Below are positions 1-12,207 of a stretch of 64,000 bases of DNA, piece by piece (within the stretch, counting starts at the first letter, position 1; every line of letters starts with the position of its first letter). The notes under the pieces were generated by a model. It worked only from the letters and a program-made list of their open reading frames with translations, did no database searches and was not told the origin of the DNA. This stretch comes from Squalus acanthias. Taxonomy: Eukaryota. The DNA is taken from positions 3,102,001 to 3,166,000 of the forward strand of contig JASTWF010000033.1 in NCBI GenBank assembly GCA_030390025.1, written 5' to 3'. Both the position numbers and the translations under genes were made by a program.

Positions 1-389
1 ACGGGGGAGACAGAGTGAAAGAGAGTGAGCCTAGGCCGTGGCGGACGGTATGCGACATAGAGAGGGTGACAGACAGAGGAGGCAGATGGGCGTGAAAGAG
101 AAACAGACATTCGGTGGTAGATAGAGACAGATCGACAGACACGGAATTGTGGAGACAGATAAATGGGGAGAGAGACGGATGGAGACTGACTGGGGGAGAC
201 AGATGGTTGATAGCAAAGAGAGTGGCAGATGGTGGAGTCAAACGGGGGTGACAGATGGGAGGTAGCAGACCGAAGAGGAAGATGGAATGGAGGCAGATGG
301 AGACAGAGAGGGGAGACAGACAGGGCAGAGAAGAATGGGGGGAGAGTGACTGATGAAGACAAATGAGGGAGACAGAGAGAGAGGGAGAG

Positions 390-770
390 ACAGACAAGCG
401 AAAGAGAGGGAGAGACAGACAAGGGAAACAGAGGGAGTGCCAGACAAGGGGAACAGAGAGAGAGACAGACAAGGGAAACAGAGGGAGAGACAGACAAGGG
501 AAACAGAGGGAGAGACAGACAAGGGAAACAGAGGGAGAGACAGACAAAGGAAACAGAGAGAGAGACAGACAAGAGAAAGAGAGGGAGAGACAGACAAGGG
601 AAACAGAGAGAGAGAGAGACAAGGGAAAGAGAGGGAGAGACAGACAAGAGAAAGAGAGGGAGAGACAGACAAGGGAAACAGAGGGAGAGACAGACAAGGG
701 AAACAGAGGGTATGCCAGACAAGGCAAAAAGAGGGAGAGACAGACAAAGGAAACAGAGGGAGAGACAGAC
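390..770. repeat. 25-bp purine-rich minisatellite (AGACAGACAAGGGAAACAGAGGGAG)n within GA-rich low-complexity DNA (1-1170)
   Basis: Direct 25-nt periodicity; overlapping ORFs are repeat translations. Confidence 0.9.
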
Positions 771-1172
771 ATGTGAAGGCAGACGGGTGGACCCCCGGGG
801 GCGTGAAAATAAAGCGAGCGACTGAAGGGTGTCGACAGTGAGAGCGAGACAGATGGAGAAATATGCGGGGAGTCAGATGGGGAAGATAGAGAGAGATAAC
901 GTTGCGGGGCGCAGGGGTAGACAGGAAGAGGCAGAAGCGAGTGACATGCAGGGTAGACAGAAGGGGAAACTGAAAGAGATTAGACGTCATTGAGACTGAA
1001 AGCGATAGGCAGACGTGGGCGGTAAGACTGCGAGCGAGAAAGACGCTGTGAGACAGACGTGGGAGAGACAGAGAGAAAAAAACAAATAGAGTGAAGACAG
1101 ATGGGAGGGAGTCAGAGGGGAGACAGCGAGAGAGACAGATTGTTAGACAGACGGGCGGAGACAGACAAGGGT

Positions 1173-3117
1173 GAACATAAGAACTTAAGAAATAGTAGCA
1201 GGAGTAGGCCATTAGGCCCTTCGAGCCTGCTCCAGCATTCAATGAGATCATGGCTGATCTTCTGCTTAAACTCCATTCACCGTCCCTATCGCCATATCCC
1301 CTGATGCCCTTACGAGTCAGAAATATATCGACTTCTGTTTTGAATATACCCAATGACTGAGCCTCTTCAGCCCTCTGGGGTAGAGAATTCAAAAGATTCA
1401 TGACCCTCTGTGTGAAGAAATTTCTTCTCATCTCAGTCCTGAATGGCCTACCCTTTATCCTGAGGCTGTGGTCCCTGGTTATAGACTCCACAACCAAGGG
1501 AAACATTCTCCTAGCATCCACCCTATCAAGCGCTGTAATAATTTTGTACGCTTCAATGAGATCCCCTCTCATACTTCTGAATTCAAGAGAATACAGGACT
1601 AGTTTATTCAATCTCTTCTCATACAACAGTCCCGCCATCCCAGGAATCAACCTCGTGAACCTTCGGTGCACTCCCTCTATGGCAAGTTTATCCTTCATTA
1701 GGTAAGGAGACCAAAATTGTGCACAGTACTCCAGGTGTGGTCTCACCAAGGCTCGATATAATTGGAGTAAGACTCTTTACTCCTGTACTCAAATCCTCTT
1801 CTAATGAGGGTCAGCATACCATTTGCCTTCCTAATAGCTTGCTGTACCTGCACATTCACTTTCAGTGACTCAGGTACAAGGAAACGCAGGATCCTTTGAG
1901 CATCTGCATTCCCCAATCTTTCACCATTTAGGAAATACTCTTCCTTTTTTTTCTACCAAAGTGGATAACTTCACATTATCCACATTATATTCCATCTGCC
2001 ATGTTCTCGCTCACTCACTGAGCCTGTCGAGATCCCCTTGAAGCCTCTTCACATCCTCTTCACAACTGACACGGACACCTCGCTTTGTATCATCAGCAAA
2101 TTTGGAAATGTTACATTTAGTTCCCTCATCCAAATCATTGATACAGATTGTGAATAGCTGGGGCCCAATCAGCGACCCTTGCGTTACCCCACTAGTCACA
2201 ACCTGCCATCCTGAAAAAGACCCGTTAGTCCCTACTCTTTGTTATCTGTCTGTTAACCAATTCTCAATCCATGCTAGTATATTACCCCAATTCCATGTGC
2301 CTTAATTTTGTTCACCAACCTCTTGTGTGGGACCTTATCGAAGGCCTTCTGAAAATCCAAAAACACCACATCTACCGGTTCACCTTTGTCGACTTCACTA
2401 GTTACATCCTCAAAGAACTCTAATAGGTTTGGTAAACAGTATTTCTCTTTCATAATTCCATGTTGACTCTACCCAATCTTACTATTAGTTTCTAAGTGCC
2501 CAGTTATCCTTTATAATAGATTCCAACATATTCCCAACTACTGATATGAGGCTAGCAGGTCTGTAGTTCTCCATTTTCTCTCTCCCTCCTTTCTTAAATA
2601 GCGGGGTTACATTTGCTATCCTCCAATCTGCAGGAACCGTTGCAGAATCGATAGAATTTTGGAAGATGATAACCAATGCGTCCAATATCCCAATGACCAC
2701 CTCTTTCAAAAACCCTAGGATGTAGGTCATCCGGTCCTTGGGATTTATGGGCTTTTAGTTCCATTAATTTTGCTAGTACTGTTTTTGTTACTAATAATAA
2801 TTTCTTTAAGTTCGTCATTCTCGTCACACCCTTGGTTTTCTTGTATTTCTGGGAGGTTTTTTGTTTATTCCTCCGTGAAGACATTAACAAAGTATTTATT
2901 TAATTTCTCTGCTATTTCCTCATTCCCCATTATAAATTCTCCCGTCTCTGACTGTAAAGGACCTACATTTACCTTCGCCAGTCTTTGCCTTTTCACATAC
3001 CTGTAGAAGCTTTTACAATCCGTTTTTATATTTTTCACTAGTTTGTGCTAATATTCCATTTTCCCTTTCTTTATCAATTTCTTATCCGATTTCTAAAAAG
3101 ATCCCAATCCTCAGGCT
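1173..3117 (-). mobile_element. 5'-truncated, decayed CR1 LINE (RT and 3' end)
   Basis: Minus ORFs with [47 protein letters not shown]; short microsatellite tail at ~1173. Confidence 0.92.
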
Positions 3118-4019
3118 GACCGGGAGAGAGAGACACAGACAGAGATACAGACAGACCAGAGGTGGAGATGATGGGGAGGAATCAGACGGGCTGAGACAGA
3201 CAGACAGATAGACAGAAGTGGAAAATTGAGCGAGAAAGACAGATAGGGTTACTGAGAGAAACATCGAGGTGAGACATAATTAGCAGACAAAAAATAACAG
3301 ACCGAATTGAGACAGCGACAGAGACATTGGGGGAGAAAAGCGGCAGGAGACAGACAGGGAACCCAGACTGGGGAGACAGACAGGGAACACAGACTGGGGA
3401 GACAGACTGGGGAAACAATCTGGGGTGACAGTGTGAGAGAGACATCGGGGGAGAAAGTGCGAGACACAGATCATGGGGAGAAGGATGGGGATAGAGAGAG
3501 AGAAGGAGAGAGATGCGGGCAGATAAACGGTGAGGAGACATACAGGGGAGACATAGGGGTAAGACAGCGAGATAAGGACAGACGCGGAGACGAGAGAGAG
3601 ATTGAGATGGGCAGAGAAGACATATGGGACAGAAGGGGGAGAGAGAATCGGGAGGCAGGATGGGGGATGACAGAGAGAGACAGACTGTGGAAACAGAGAG
3701 AGAGAGGGGGTGAGGAGTGAGAGACGGGGAGCCAGCCGTGGTGTGACAGACAGGGCATATGAGCAGTGAGGCAGACGGGAAGACAAAGCATCAGTATTAG
3801 TCGGGGGAGACAGAGGTGATTACACAGAGCGAGAGAAAAAGAAGCGGGTTCAGACAAATGGGGAGAGACAGACTGGGGCAGACAGAGAGAGTGAGATCTA
3901 TTATGGGAGATAGGACTAGGGGGGCAAACAGACTGAAGAGAAGTTAGACTGATGGAGACAGACTGGATGAGATAGATGGTCGGTGACAAAGAAAGAGACA
4001 GAAAGAGAATAGATGGAGT

Positions 4020-4699
4020 TGAGACAGAGGGAGAGAGACAGACAGAGTGTGAGACAGAGAGAGGGACAGGCCGGGTGAAATCAATGCGGGAGAGACAGAG
4101 AGAGGGACAGACAGAGAGTGAGACAGAGAGAGGGACAGACTGGGTGAATTCAATGCGGGAGAGACAGAGAGAGAGAGACAGACAGAGTGTGAGACAGAGA
4201 GAGAGAGAGACAGAGAGAGGGACAGGCTGGGTGAGATCAATGCGGGAGAGACAGAGAGAGAGAGACAGACAGAGTGTGAGACAGAGAGAGAGAGAGAGAC
4301 AGACAGAGTGTGAGACAGAGAGAGGGACAGACTGGGTGAAATCAATGTTGGAGCGACATAGAGAGAGAGACAGCCAGAGTGTGAGACAGAGAGAGGGTCA
4401 GGCTGGGTGAAATCAATGCGGGAGAGACAGAGAGAGATGCAGACAGAGTGTGGGTCAGAGAGAGGGATAGGCTGGGTGAAATCAATACGGGAGAGACAGA
4501 GAGAGAGATACGGGGAGAGAGTGAGATAGAGAGATAGACAGACAGAGTGTGAGACAGAGAGAGAGAGACAGACAGAGTGTGAGAAAGAGAGAGAGAGACA
4601 GACAGAGTGTGAGACAGAGAGAGGGACAGGCTGGGTGAAATCAATACGGGAGAGGCAGAGAGAGAGAGACGGGGAGAGAGTGAGACAGAGAGCGAGACA
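4020..4699. repeat. GA-rich satellite with core GGACAGGCTGGGTGAAATCAATGCGGGAGAGACAG (left block)
   Basis: Repeated core separated by variable (GA)n; the same array resumes at 13828. Confidence 0.9.
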
Positions 4700-7039
4700 T
4701 GCAATTCGTGTACGGAATACCTGGTCATTTGGTCCCGCCGTGGATACACCTCCGCGGACGGGCGACCTTTAACGGTGAAGCCCTTGCTGGAAAAGATCCT
4801 AGCAGCAGTAGGGGAGGAAGGGGAGATTTTCATCCATAAGGTGAAGGCTCACTCCTCCACAGAGCCCCGTGGGTAGGGCAACCAGCAGGCAGATGCGCTA
4901 GCCAGGGAGGGTGACCGTAACGGTATTTTCTGGGACCCCTATGGGCCCGGACCCGTGGCAGCGATCCAAGGTACGGCCGTGAACCCCGGGAACACCAGGG
5001 TAGCACTGCCACTAGACCTTAAGGCCGTCCAGAACCAGGATCTCGCCCTAAAAGCAGTTTGCAGAACCATTGCTGAGGGCAAGCAGGTGGAGGGTCCGTA
5101 CAGTACGGCAACCCTCTCCGTCAAAGAAGGCATGCTGTTCCGCGAGGAGCAGTGGGTTGTGCCGCAGCAGCACAGGAGGGAATTCCTCCAGTTGGCTCAT
5201 GAGGTGCCGGGGGCAGGGCACCCCGGGCCCGAGGTTACCTGGCAACTGGTAGAGCAGGCGGGATGGTGGCCGGGACTCAGGGAGCAGGTCCGCGAGTTCT
5301 GTGCAAGCTGTCTCGTGTGCGCTGCAAACAACCCAGAACCCCAGAAAAGGAAAGTGCCCATGGGGCACATCAGGAGGGTGGAGGGACCATGGCAGTCGAT
5401 ACAGATCGATTACATAGGGCCCCTGCCCACCACCCAGGGAGGCTACAAATACTGCCTCGTATTGGTGGATGTGTTTTCCAAATGGGTGGAAGCTTTCCCC
5501 TGTAAAACAGCTACGGCACTGGGTACTGCAAAGATCTTGGTCCGGGAAGTGTTCTCGCGGTGGGGACTCCCCCGTTTCGTGCAGTCAGACCAAGGGAGTC
5601 ATTTCACCGGCCAGGTGATGCAGAACACCCTCATGCTTTTGGGCATTGAAGAGAAGTGGCACGTAGCGCACAATCCCCAGTCATCCCGGATTGTTGAACG
5701 CATGAACCGGACCCTGAAGGAGAAATTGAAGAAAGAGACTATGAACTCGCCCCAAAATTGGGCCGAGGTTCTGCCTCTAGTCCTCATGGGGATCCGGGCC
5801 AGTCAGTCGAAAAGTACGGGGTATTCCCCGCACGAGGTGATGACTGGGAGGATCATGCGAAACCCCACCCATGTGCTAGCGCCGGTGCTCACTGAAGTGC
5901 AGCTCCAAGAGGTGAAAAGGGACAAGTTCGTCCAGACCCTCTTGGATCGCCTGAAGCAGGTTTATGAGCAGGCGGCTGGGAACATGGGAAGGCTGCACCA
6001 GGGCAATCGCCTGTTGCTGGAGCACCGCAAGAAGCAGGAGTGGGAAGTGGGAGACCAGGTCATGGTCAGAAACTATGCCAGAGTAGGGAGTCTGGAACCA
6101 CTGTATATGGGGCCCTACAGTATTGTAGATAAGGCGAGTCCCATGGTATACGCCGTAAAGGTACCTCGGCGCACCAAGTGGTTCCACGTAAATCAGTGCA
6201 AACTGTATAAGCCAGGTGCACAAGGGCCAACCACAGGGGCAAAAACTGCGCGTGGGGACACGCAGCCCCGGGTAGGGCCGCAGGGCACGCAGGCTGGCAA
6301 AGCAGCTTGCATCAGGGGAGAGGACATCCTAGCAAAATGTAGGATCCTTTATTGGGGTTGGGAGTCAAATGAGGAAGAGTTAGAGGAACTCGACCAAGAT
6401 AGTGACCCGAGCGAAGAGGAGCTGGGATCGGAGGACGAAAGGGTCGCTCCCGATTCAAGTAAAGGAAAGTTAGGGACTGCAGATGGAGGCCCATACAGGG
6501 TGGAAGCAGAAGCTGCAGGTCCCGAACTCAGGGGGGCGGAGCTAGGGGAGGCGGAGCCAGCGGCTGTGGTGGGACCACAGGACGTGGCGATGGAAGTCTC
6601 AGAACCCAGTCCGTCCGCCTTGGAAGTCTTGCCCTCGGGGGAGGTAGGGACTGCGAGTGAAGGGCCGCCTACTGGGCCAAGTAGGGCGGTGCCAGAGACT
6701 GCAGATCCCGAGTTCAGGGAGGCGGAGCCAGGGGAGGCGGAGCCAGCGGCTGTGGTGTGACCACAGGTCGCAACGGCGGAAGTCTCGAAACCCGGTCCGT
6801 CGGTCCTGGAGTTCTTGCCCCCGGTAGGCCCCCGTAGGTCAAGTCGGACACCCCAGCCCAGGAAGGTATGGTCAAGTCCCCAGAGTTTCCCAAGGCGTAG
6901 ATTCAAGGCTAAGGCAGCCCAGGGAGAGCCCAATCACAGCGCAGCAGCAACAGGCTGCGGCAGATCAAAGGGGGGAGGGGGGTCAGCGCCCTCCCACCGT
7001 TGCGAAAATCTTGTGGCCACCTTCACAGAATTTGAATAG
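4700..7039 (+). pseudogene. pol: pol 3' part: RNase H C-terminal half plus integrase with long C-terminal extension
   Basis: One frame from 4700: EYLVIWSRRGYTSADGRP..HKVKAHS..GNQQADALA (RNase H); HHCC; IDY/SDQG/IVER with D-35-E spacing; LYMGPYSIV..FHVNQCK (GPY/F); in-frame stops at 4874 and 6758. Confidence 0.93.
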
Positions 7040-7269
7040 GCCGCCCTGGGAACGGGCGGCGCTGTACAGTTGTATAAGATAAGTTAGAAGTTTTATAGTT
7101 TGTAAGTTTGTAAGTTTTATAGTTTTATTTTGATAACTAAAAGATAAATGATGGGAGTTTAGATAAGGTTTAGTTCAAGATCTATCCAGTGCACATGTCT
7201 TTTTACGTGAGGCGAGTTCAGGGGACCCGCTCACACTTCACCAAAAGCCAGAGACTCTTGGGAGGCTGG

Positions 7270-7293
7270 CTACATCATTTTATCTGATCACAG
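7270..7293 (+). promoter_or_regulatory. Putative env splice acceptor of provirus 1
   Basis: Pyrimidine-rich tract then CAG (7291-7293), 13 nt before the env ATG; same spacing in provirus 2. Confidence 0.6.
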
Positions 7294-7306
7294 GAACCAA
7301 GGAAGG

Positions 7307-10300
7307 ATGGAACGAATTCTGGTAGTGCTCGCGTCAATCAGATGAGGATTGGCCTATCGAGGCCGCACCAAGGATGCCGTGGTGTTTGGATGCTCCGGGG
7401 ACACTGCCCCCATCGCGGTGGATGGGACCGGGAGGCGAGAGGCTTAGGAGACCGCCATTTATTTCCACAAGGGAAGGTGCCCAGGATGGCTGGGAACGAA
7501 TTCAACTGAATATTCCAGTACATCGGGATTTGCCTACAAGGAGACTTCTTTAATGTGCCCCAAAGTGAGGATCATCGCACCCAGAGTCAGCGTCACCGTC
7601 GGCAAACGGATTTGTTTGACTTGTAATGGGAATGTCCCATTGAGCCGATGGTGGTAGCTACGAAAGCTGAGCAGAAATATGAGGAATTCTTCGGTCGAGT
7701 GGGAGCGACTGGATAATAATACCCATTGGACAATTACGGGGACTAACGGACAATTGAAAGTCTGTTGGGACAAATGGTGGGAACCGGATGAGGGAATTTA
7801 TTTATGTATGTGGGGGTCAAAGCACGTTTGCCCCAAAGGCATCTCCATATTTTTCGTGAATAAGTGGCAGGATTATGGGAAAGGGATGAGGTGCGATGCT
7901 AGCACCAGGGGGTGCGGAGCCCCATACTCTCCGATCCCGGTAAACGCCACTGAACTCATTACGTGCCCACGCAAGGCCCCACCCACGATTCCGCTGGTTT
8001 TGGCTCAGGAAGAAGGGTGCCCTAAAACCAGTAAGGGACCCGGGAATGGTTTGGTACTGGTCCCTACAGACCAGATACTATTTCAGGGGGTACATTACGC
8101 GGTGGCCTCGGTGATTTTAAACCTCACCGAGGTGCGGTTGCCAAAGTGGTGCCCCAAAGAGACGTAACAATTGTGCCAGGTCCTGTTGACCAATATGTTT
8201 AGACAATTTTATGAATTCGATTTTCGGAGATTGATTAAACACGTTTGTACACAGCACCACATGAAGTTTGGGGCCAGGTGGGGAGACAAAGAAGGGGTGT
8301 TGTGAACGATATGTTCACTGCGTTAAATACAGGGACGTCTGTGGTCAACACTCCAGGTAACGTGGAGTTGCAGACCCAGATTAATGGTTTAAAAACCCAA
8401 TTAAAGAATATCCTCACAGACGAAAATAAGGTGGTAGGGTCTGGGTTACATGAGGACCAGGCCATGATGCTCCACTTAAAAGAAATTATAGCTGAGCTGG
8501 AGAAACATGCGCGTACGGTAAATGCCCTGATCAGGGAAGATTGGAATGCGTCCGATCAGGCTGCGCGGAATGAGATGTGCGTGCTTTATGGGGCGTGGTT
8601 ACTGGGCGAGGGCCGCAGTAATTTGGAGGATTTAAAACAAGGTTTGGTCCCGTCCTGGATAAGTAACAAACACCTGCAGGCGCTCCACCCTTTTCAGAAC
8701 GCATTAAGCCCGTGCCAGCTCAGGCTAGCTTCAGAAGCATACCCAGTCTCCGTGGACTGCGGACGATCAAACCATAACATTATGGGTATACATAGAAACA
8801 TAGAAACATAGAAGATAGGAGCAGGAGTAGGCCATTCGGCACCTAGAGCCTGCTCCGCCATTCGATGAGATCATGGCTGATCATCTAAACTCAGTACCCT
8901 GTACCTGCCTTCTCCCCATATACCTTGATACCTTTAGTTTTAAGAAATATATCTAACTCATCCTTGAATATATTTAATGACTTCGCCTCAACTACCTTCT
9001 GTGGTAGAGAATTCCACAGGTTCACCACTCTCTGGGTGAAGAAATTCTTCCTCATTTAAGTCCGAAATGGTTTACCCGTTATCCGTAGATTATGACCCCT
9101 GGTTCTGGACTCTCCGACCATCGGGAACATTCTTCCTGCATCTAGTTTGTCCAGACCTGTCAGAATGTTATATGTTTCGATGAGATCCCCTCTCATTCTT
9201 CTATACTCCAGTAAGTATAAGCCCAATCGAACCAATCTCTCCTCATATGTCATTCCTGCCATCCCAGGTATCAGCCTTGTGAATCTTCGCTGAACTCCTT
9301 CCATGGCAAGAACATCCTTCCTCAGATAAGGCGACCAAAACTGCACACAGTACTCAAGGTGTGGTCTCACCAAGTCCCTGTACAACTGCAGCAGGACATC
9401 CCTGTTCCTATACTCAAAACCTTTCGCTATGAAGGCCAACATACCATTTGCCTTCTTCACCGCCAGCTGCACCTGCATGCTTACTTTCAGCGACTGGTGC
9501 ACAAGGACACCCAGGTCTCGTTGCACTTCCCCTTCTCCCAATCTATTGCCATTCAGATAATAGTCTGCCTTTCTGTTTTTGACACCAAAGTGGATAACCT
9601 CGCACTTATCCACGTTATATTGCATCTGTCACGCTTCTGCCCACTCACCCAACCTGTCCAGATCATCCTGGAGTTTCTCGCTATCCTCCTCGCTGCACAC
9701 ACTCCCACCCAGCTTTGTGTCATCTGCAAACTTGGAGATATTACATTTAATTACCTTATCTAGATCATTAATGTATATTGTGAATAGCTGGGGTCCAAGG
9801 ACCGATCCCTGCGGTACCCCACTAGTCACTGCTTGCCACTCGGAAAAAGACCCATTAATTCCTACTCTCTGCTTTCTGTCCGCCAACCAGTTCTCTATCC
9901 AAGTCAATACCTTGCCCCCAATCCCATGTGCCTTAACTTTACCCGCTAATCTCTTATGCGGGACCTTATCGAAAGCCTTTTGAAAGTCCAAATACACCAC
10001 ATCTACTGGTTCTCCCTTATCTATTTTCCCAGTTACATCCTCAAAAAATTCCAGTAGATTAGTCAAGCACGATTTACCTTTTGTAAATCCATGTTGACTT
10101 TGTCCGATCCTGTCACTGTTTTTCAAATGCTCAGCTATTACATCCTTTATAATGGACTCTTGCATTTTCCCCACTACCGATGTCAGTCTTACCGGTCTAT
10201 AATTCCCCGCTTTCTCTCTACCACCCTTTTTGAATAGTGGGGTAACATTAGCTACCCTCCAATCCATGGGTACAGTTCCAGATTCCATCGAATGTTGGAA

Positions 10301-11760
10301 GATAATCAGCAATGCATCTACTATTTCTAGGGCCACTTCCTTAATTACCCTAGGATGTAGATTATCAGGCGCTGGAGATTTATCGGCCTTCAATACCGTC
10401 AATTTCCCTAACACCATTTCCCTGCAAATACTGATTTATTTCAGTTCCTCCCTTTCATCAGACCGTATGTTCTCCAACATCTCTGGGAGGTTATTTGTGT
10501 CCTCCTTTGTGAAGACAGAACCAAAATATGCATTTAATTGGGCTGCCATTTCTTTGTTCCCCATTATAACTTCCCCCGCTTCTGACTGCAAGGGACCTAC
10601 ACTTGATTTCACTAATCTTTTTCTCTTCACATATCTATAAAAGCTCTTACAGTAAGTTTTTATGTTCCCAGCAAGCTTACTTTCATATTCTATTTTCCCC
10701 TTCTTAATTAATCCCTTTGTCCTCCTTTGTTGAATCCTAAACTGCTCCCAATCCTCAGGGCTACCGCTTTTTCTGTCCAATTTATATGCCCTCTGCTTGG
10801 ATCTTATGCTGTCCCTAATTTCCCTTGTTAGCCACGGTTGAGTCACCCTTTTTGTTTTATTCTTATGCCACACTGGGATGTACACATTCTGTAGTTTTAG
10901 GTATGCCGGTTTTGGGCGACACAGCAAAGCCCACCCCGGTGTATCGGGTAGAGAACATTGGTCTCATTCAGGGGGGAGCCCACATTCGCTACGCAGCGGT
11001 CCCACCTTACGTCATCCGCTGGGAGCAAACGATGACAGGTACAGATCTCTCTGGTTGTCGTGGCAGGGTAGCACACGTAATCCTGTGTCACCAGCACTTG
11101 AATGCCTTTTTATCACCACAGTGCAGGTTCAGAACGGCTGGCGCCAAGCCCATGAATTGCACCATGGAGGCATTGGCACAAGATCATGTGCCTCCGCAGG
11201 TGGCATACATAGGGGGTGGAACATATTGTGTTACCACTGCAGCGCAACACTACCAGCATGGAAACCGTAGCTGGTGTCCGGTGAGTGTCAGCAGTTTCAG
11301 TTTTAAACCCAGGGCTGAAGTTCAAGTGGCACAGCAGCGAATTGTCCAGATCCCTGAACCATCCACTGTTCATCTAACTGTGAAGGAGAATTTTACCGAC
11401 TTGCAGCGATTCGTCGCTCATTTCGGATACCTCATTCCCCCTCTCCCTGAACACCTCACCAAACTTTTGAAAGCCGTTGCGGTTTCGCAGAAACATTTTT
11501 ATACCCTTGAGCAAAAGACTGTCTGGATTGGGTCAGAGATCCTAGACATAGTGATTCCACCGTGGTGGGATGTGTTCCCCAACATTGAAGTGCCTTCCTG
11601 GATTAGAATAGCCTCCCACATTTTAGTTGTATGCCAGGTCATAATTGTTGTATACCTGTTGGTCGTGCACTGCAAGAGGGGCAAGCGCCTCACCAAACAG
11701 GAAAACACAGGAGAGTGGCGAGAGCATTACGTGCGCGTGCACGAAGAAAGCGCTGCGTAA
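7307..11760 (+). pseudogene. env: env of provirus 1 (signal peptide, Ig-like domain, RQRR furin site, F-like fusogen, TM), split by a CR1 insertion
   Basis: ATG 7307 MERILVVLAS; DEGIYLC; RQRR at 8284-8295 then GVVNDMFTALNTG and a heptad repeat; resumes in frame at 10894; TM ILVVCQVIIVVYLLVV; several stops and a frameshift near 8225. Confidence 0.9.
8791..10893 (-). mobile_element. 5'-truncated CR1 LINE inserted in env
   Basis: (CATAGAAA)n tail at 8791; RT ORFs with [26 protein letters not shown]. Confidence 0.96.
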
Positions 11761-12195
11761 ACGGCCAGAGTGGCGCCACTCCGCTTTTTTCCATGTGTGT
11801 CTCATAATTCTGTATTGATTGTTATTTTTCTTAGAACCTGTAACTAAGTTTGGAACTCTGTATTTTAAGAGTTGTTTTGATTATATTTAATTTTTTGTTG
11901 TTGAAAATGGTTGTTTGATTGCTTTGTTGTTCTTTTCCTTGAATAATAAAAAAACATGCATATACAGGTGGTGCAAGAGGCATCGGCCTGTTACACCTGG
12001 AAGACAGACACGCGGTGTAAGTTAAAGGCAAATGCTGCCTACGGTTTTATAAAAAATGTAATTTTTCCCTGGGAAATAAGGACGGCACGGAGACCCTAGA
12101 TAGTTTAAGTTAAGGGAGTATTTGGATATGGAGAATCGAGATAATGTTGCTCACCACCACTTTTAATTGATACGATAAACGGAGTTATTCGCATC

Positions 12196-12207
12196 AACAG
12201 GAGGGAC
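12196..12207 (+). promoter_or_regulatory. Polypurine tract of provirus 1
   Basis: AACAGGAGGGAC immediately before the LTR start TGTAG. Confidence 0.7.

Noticed and set aside
238..1749. 503-aa ORF with a hydrophobic S/L tail
   Set aside because: CR1 3' end reading into CT-rich low-complexity DNA; the same applies to ORFs at 3100-4700 and 13850-16090
7340..8240. APOBEC-type hypermutation causing the env stops
   Set aside because: Only one stop is clearly TGG to TAG; others arise from different substitutions
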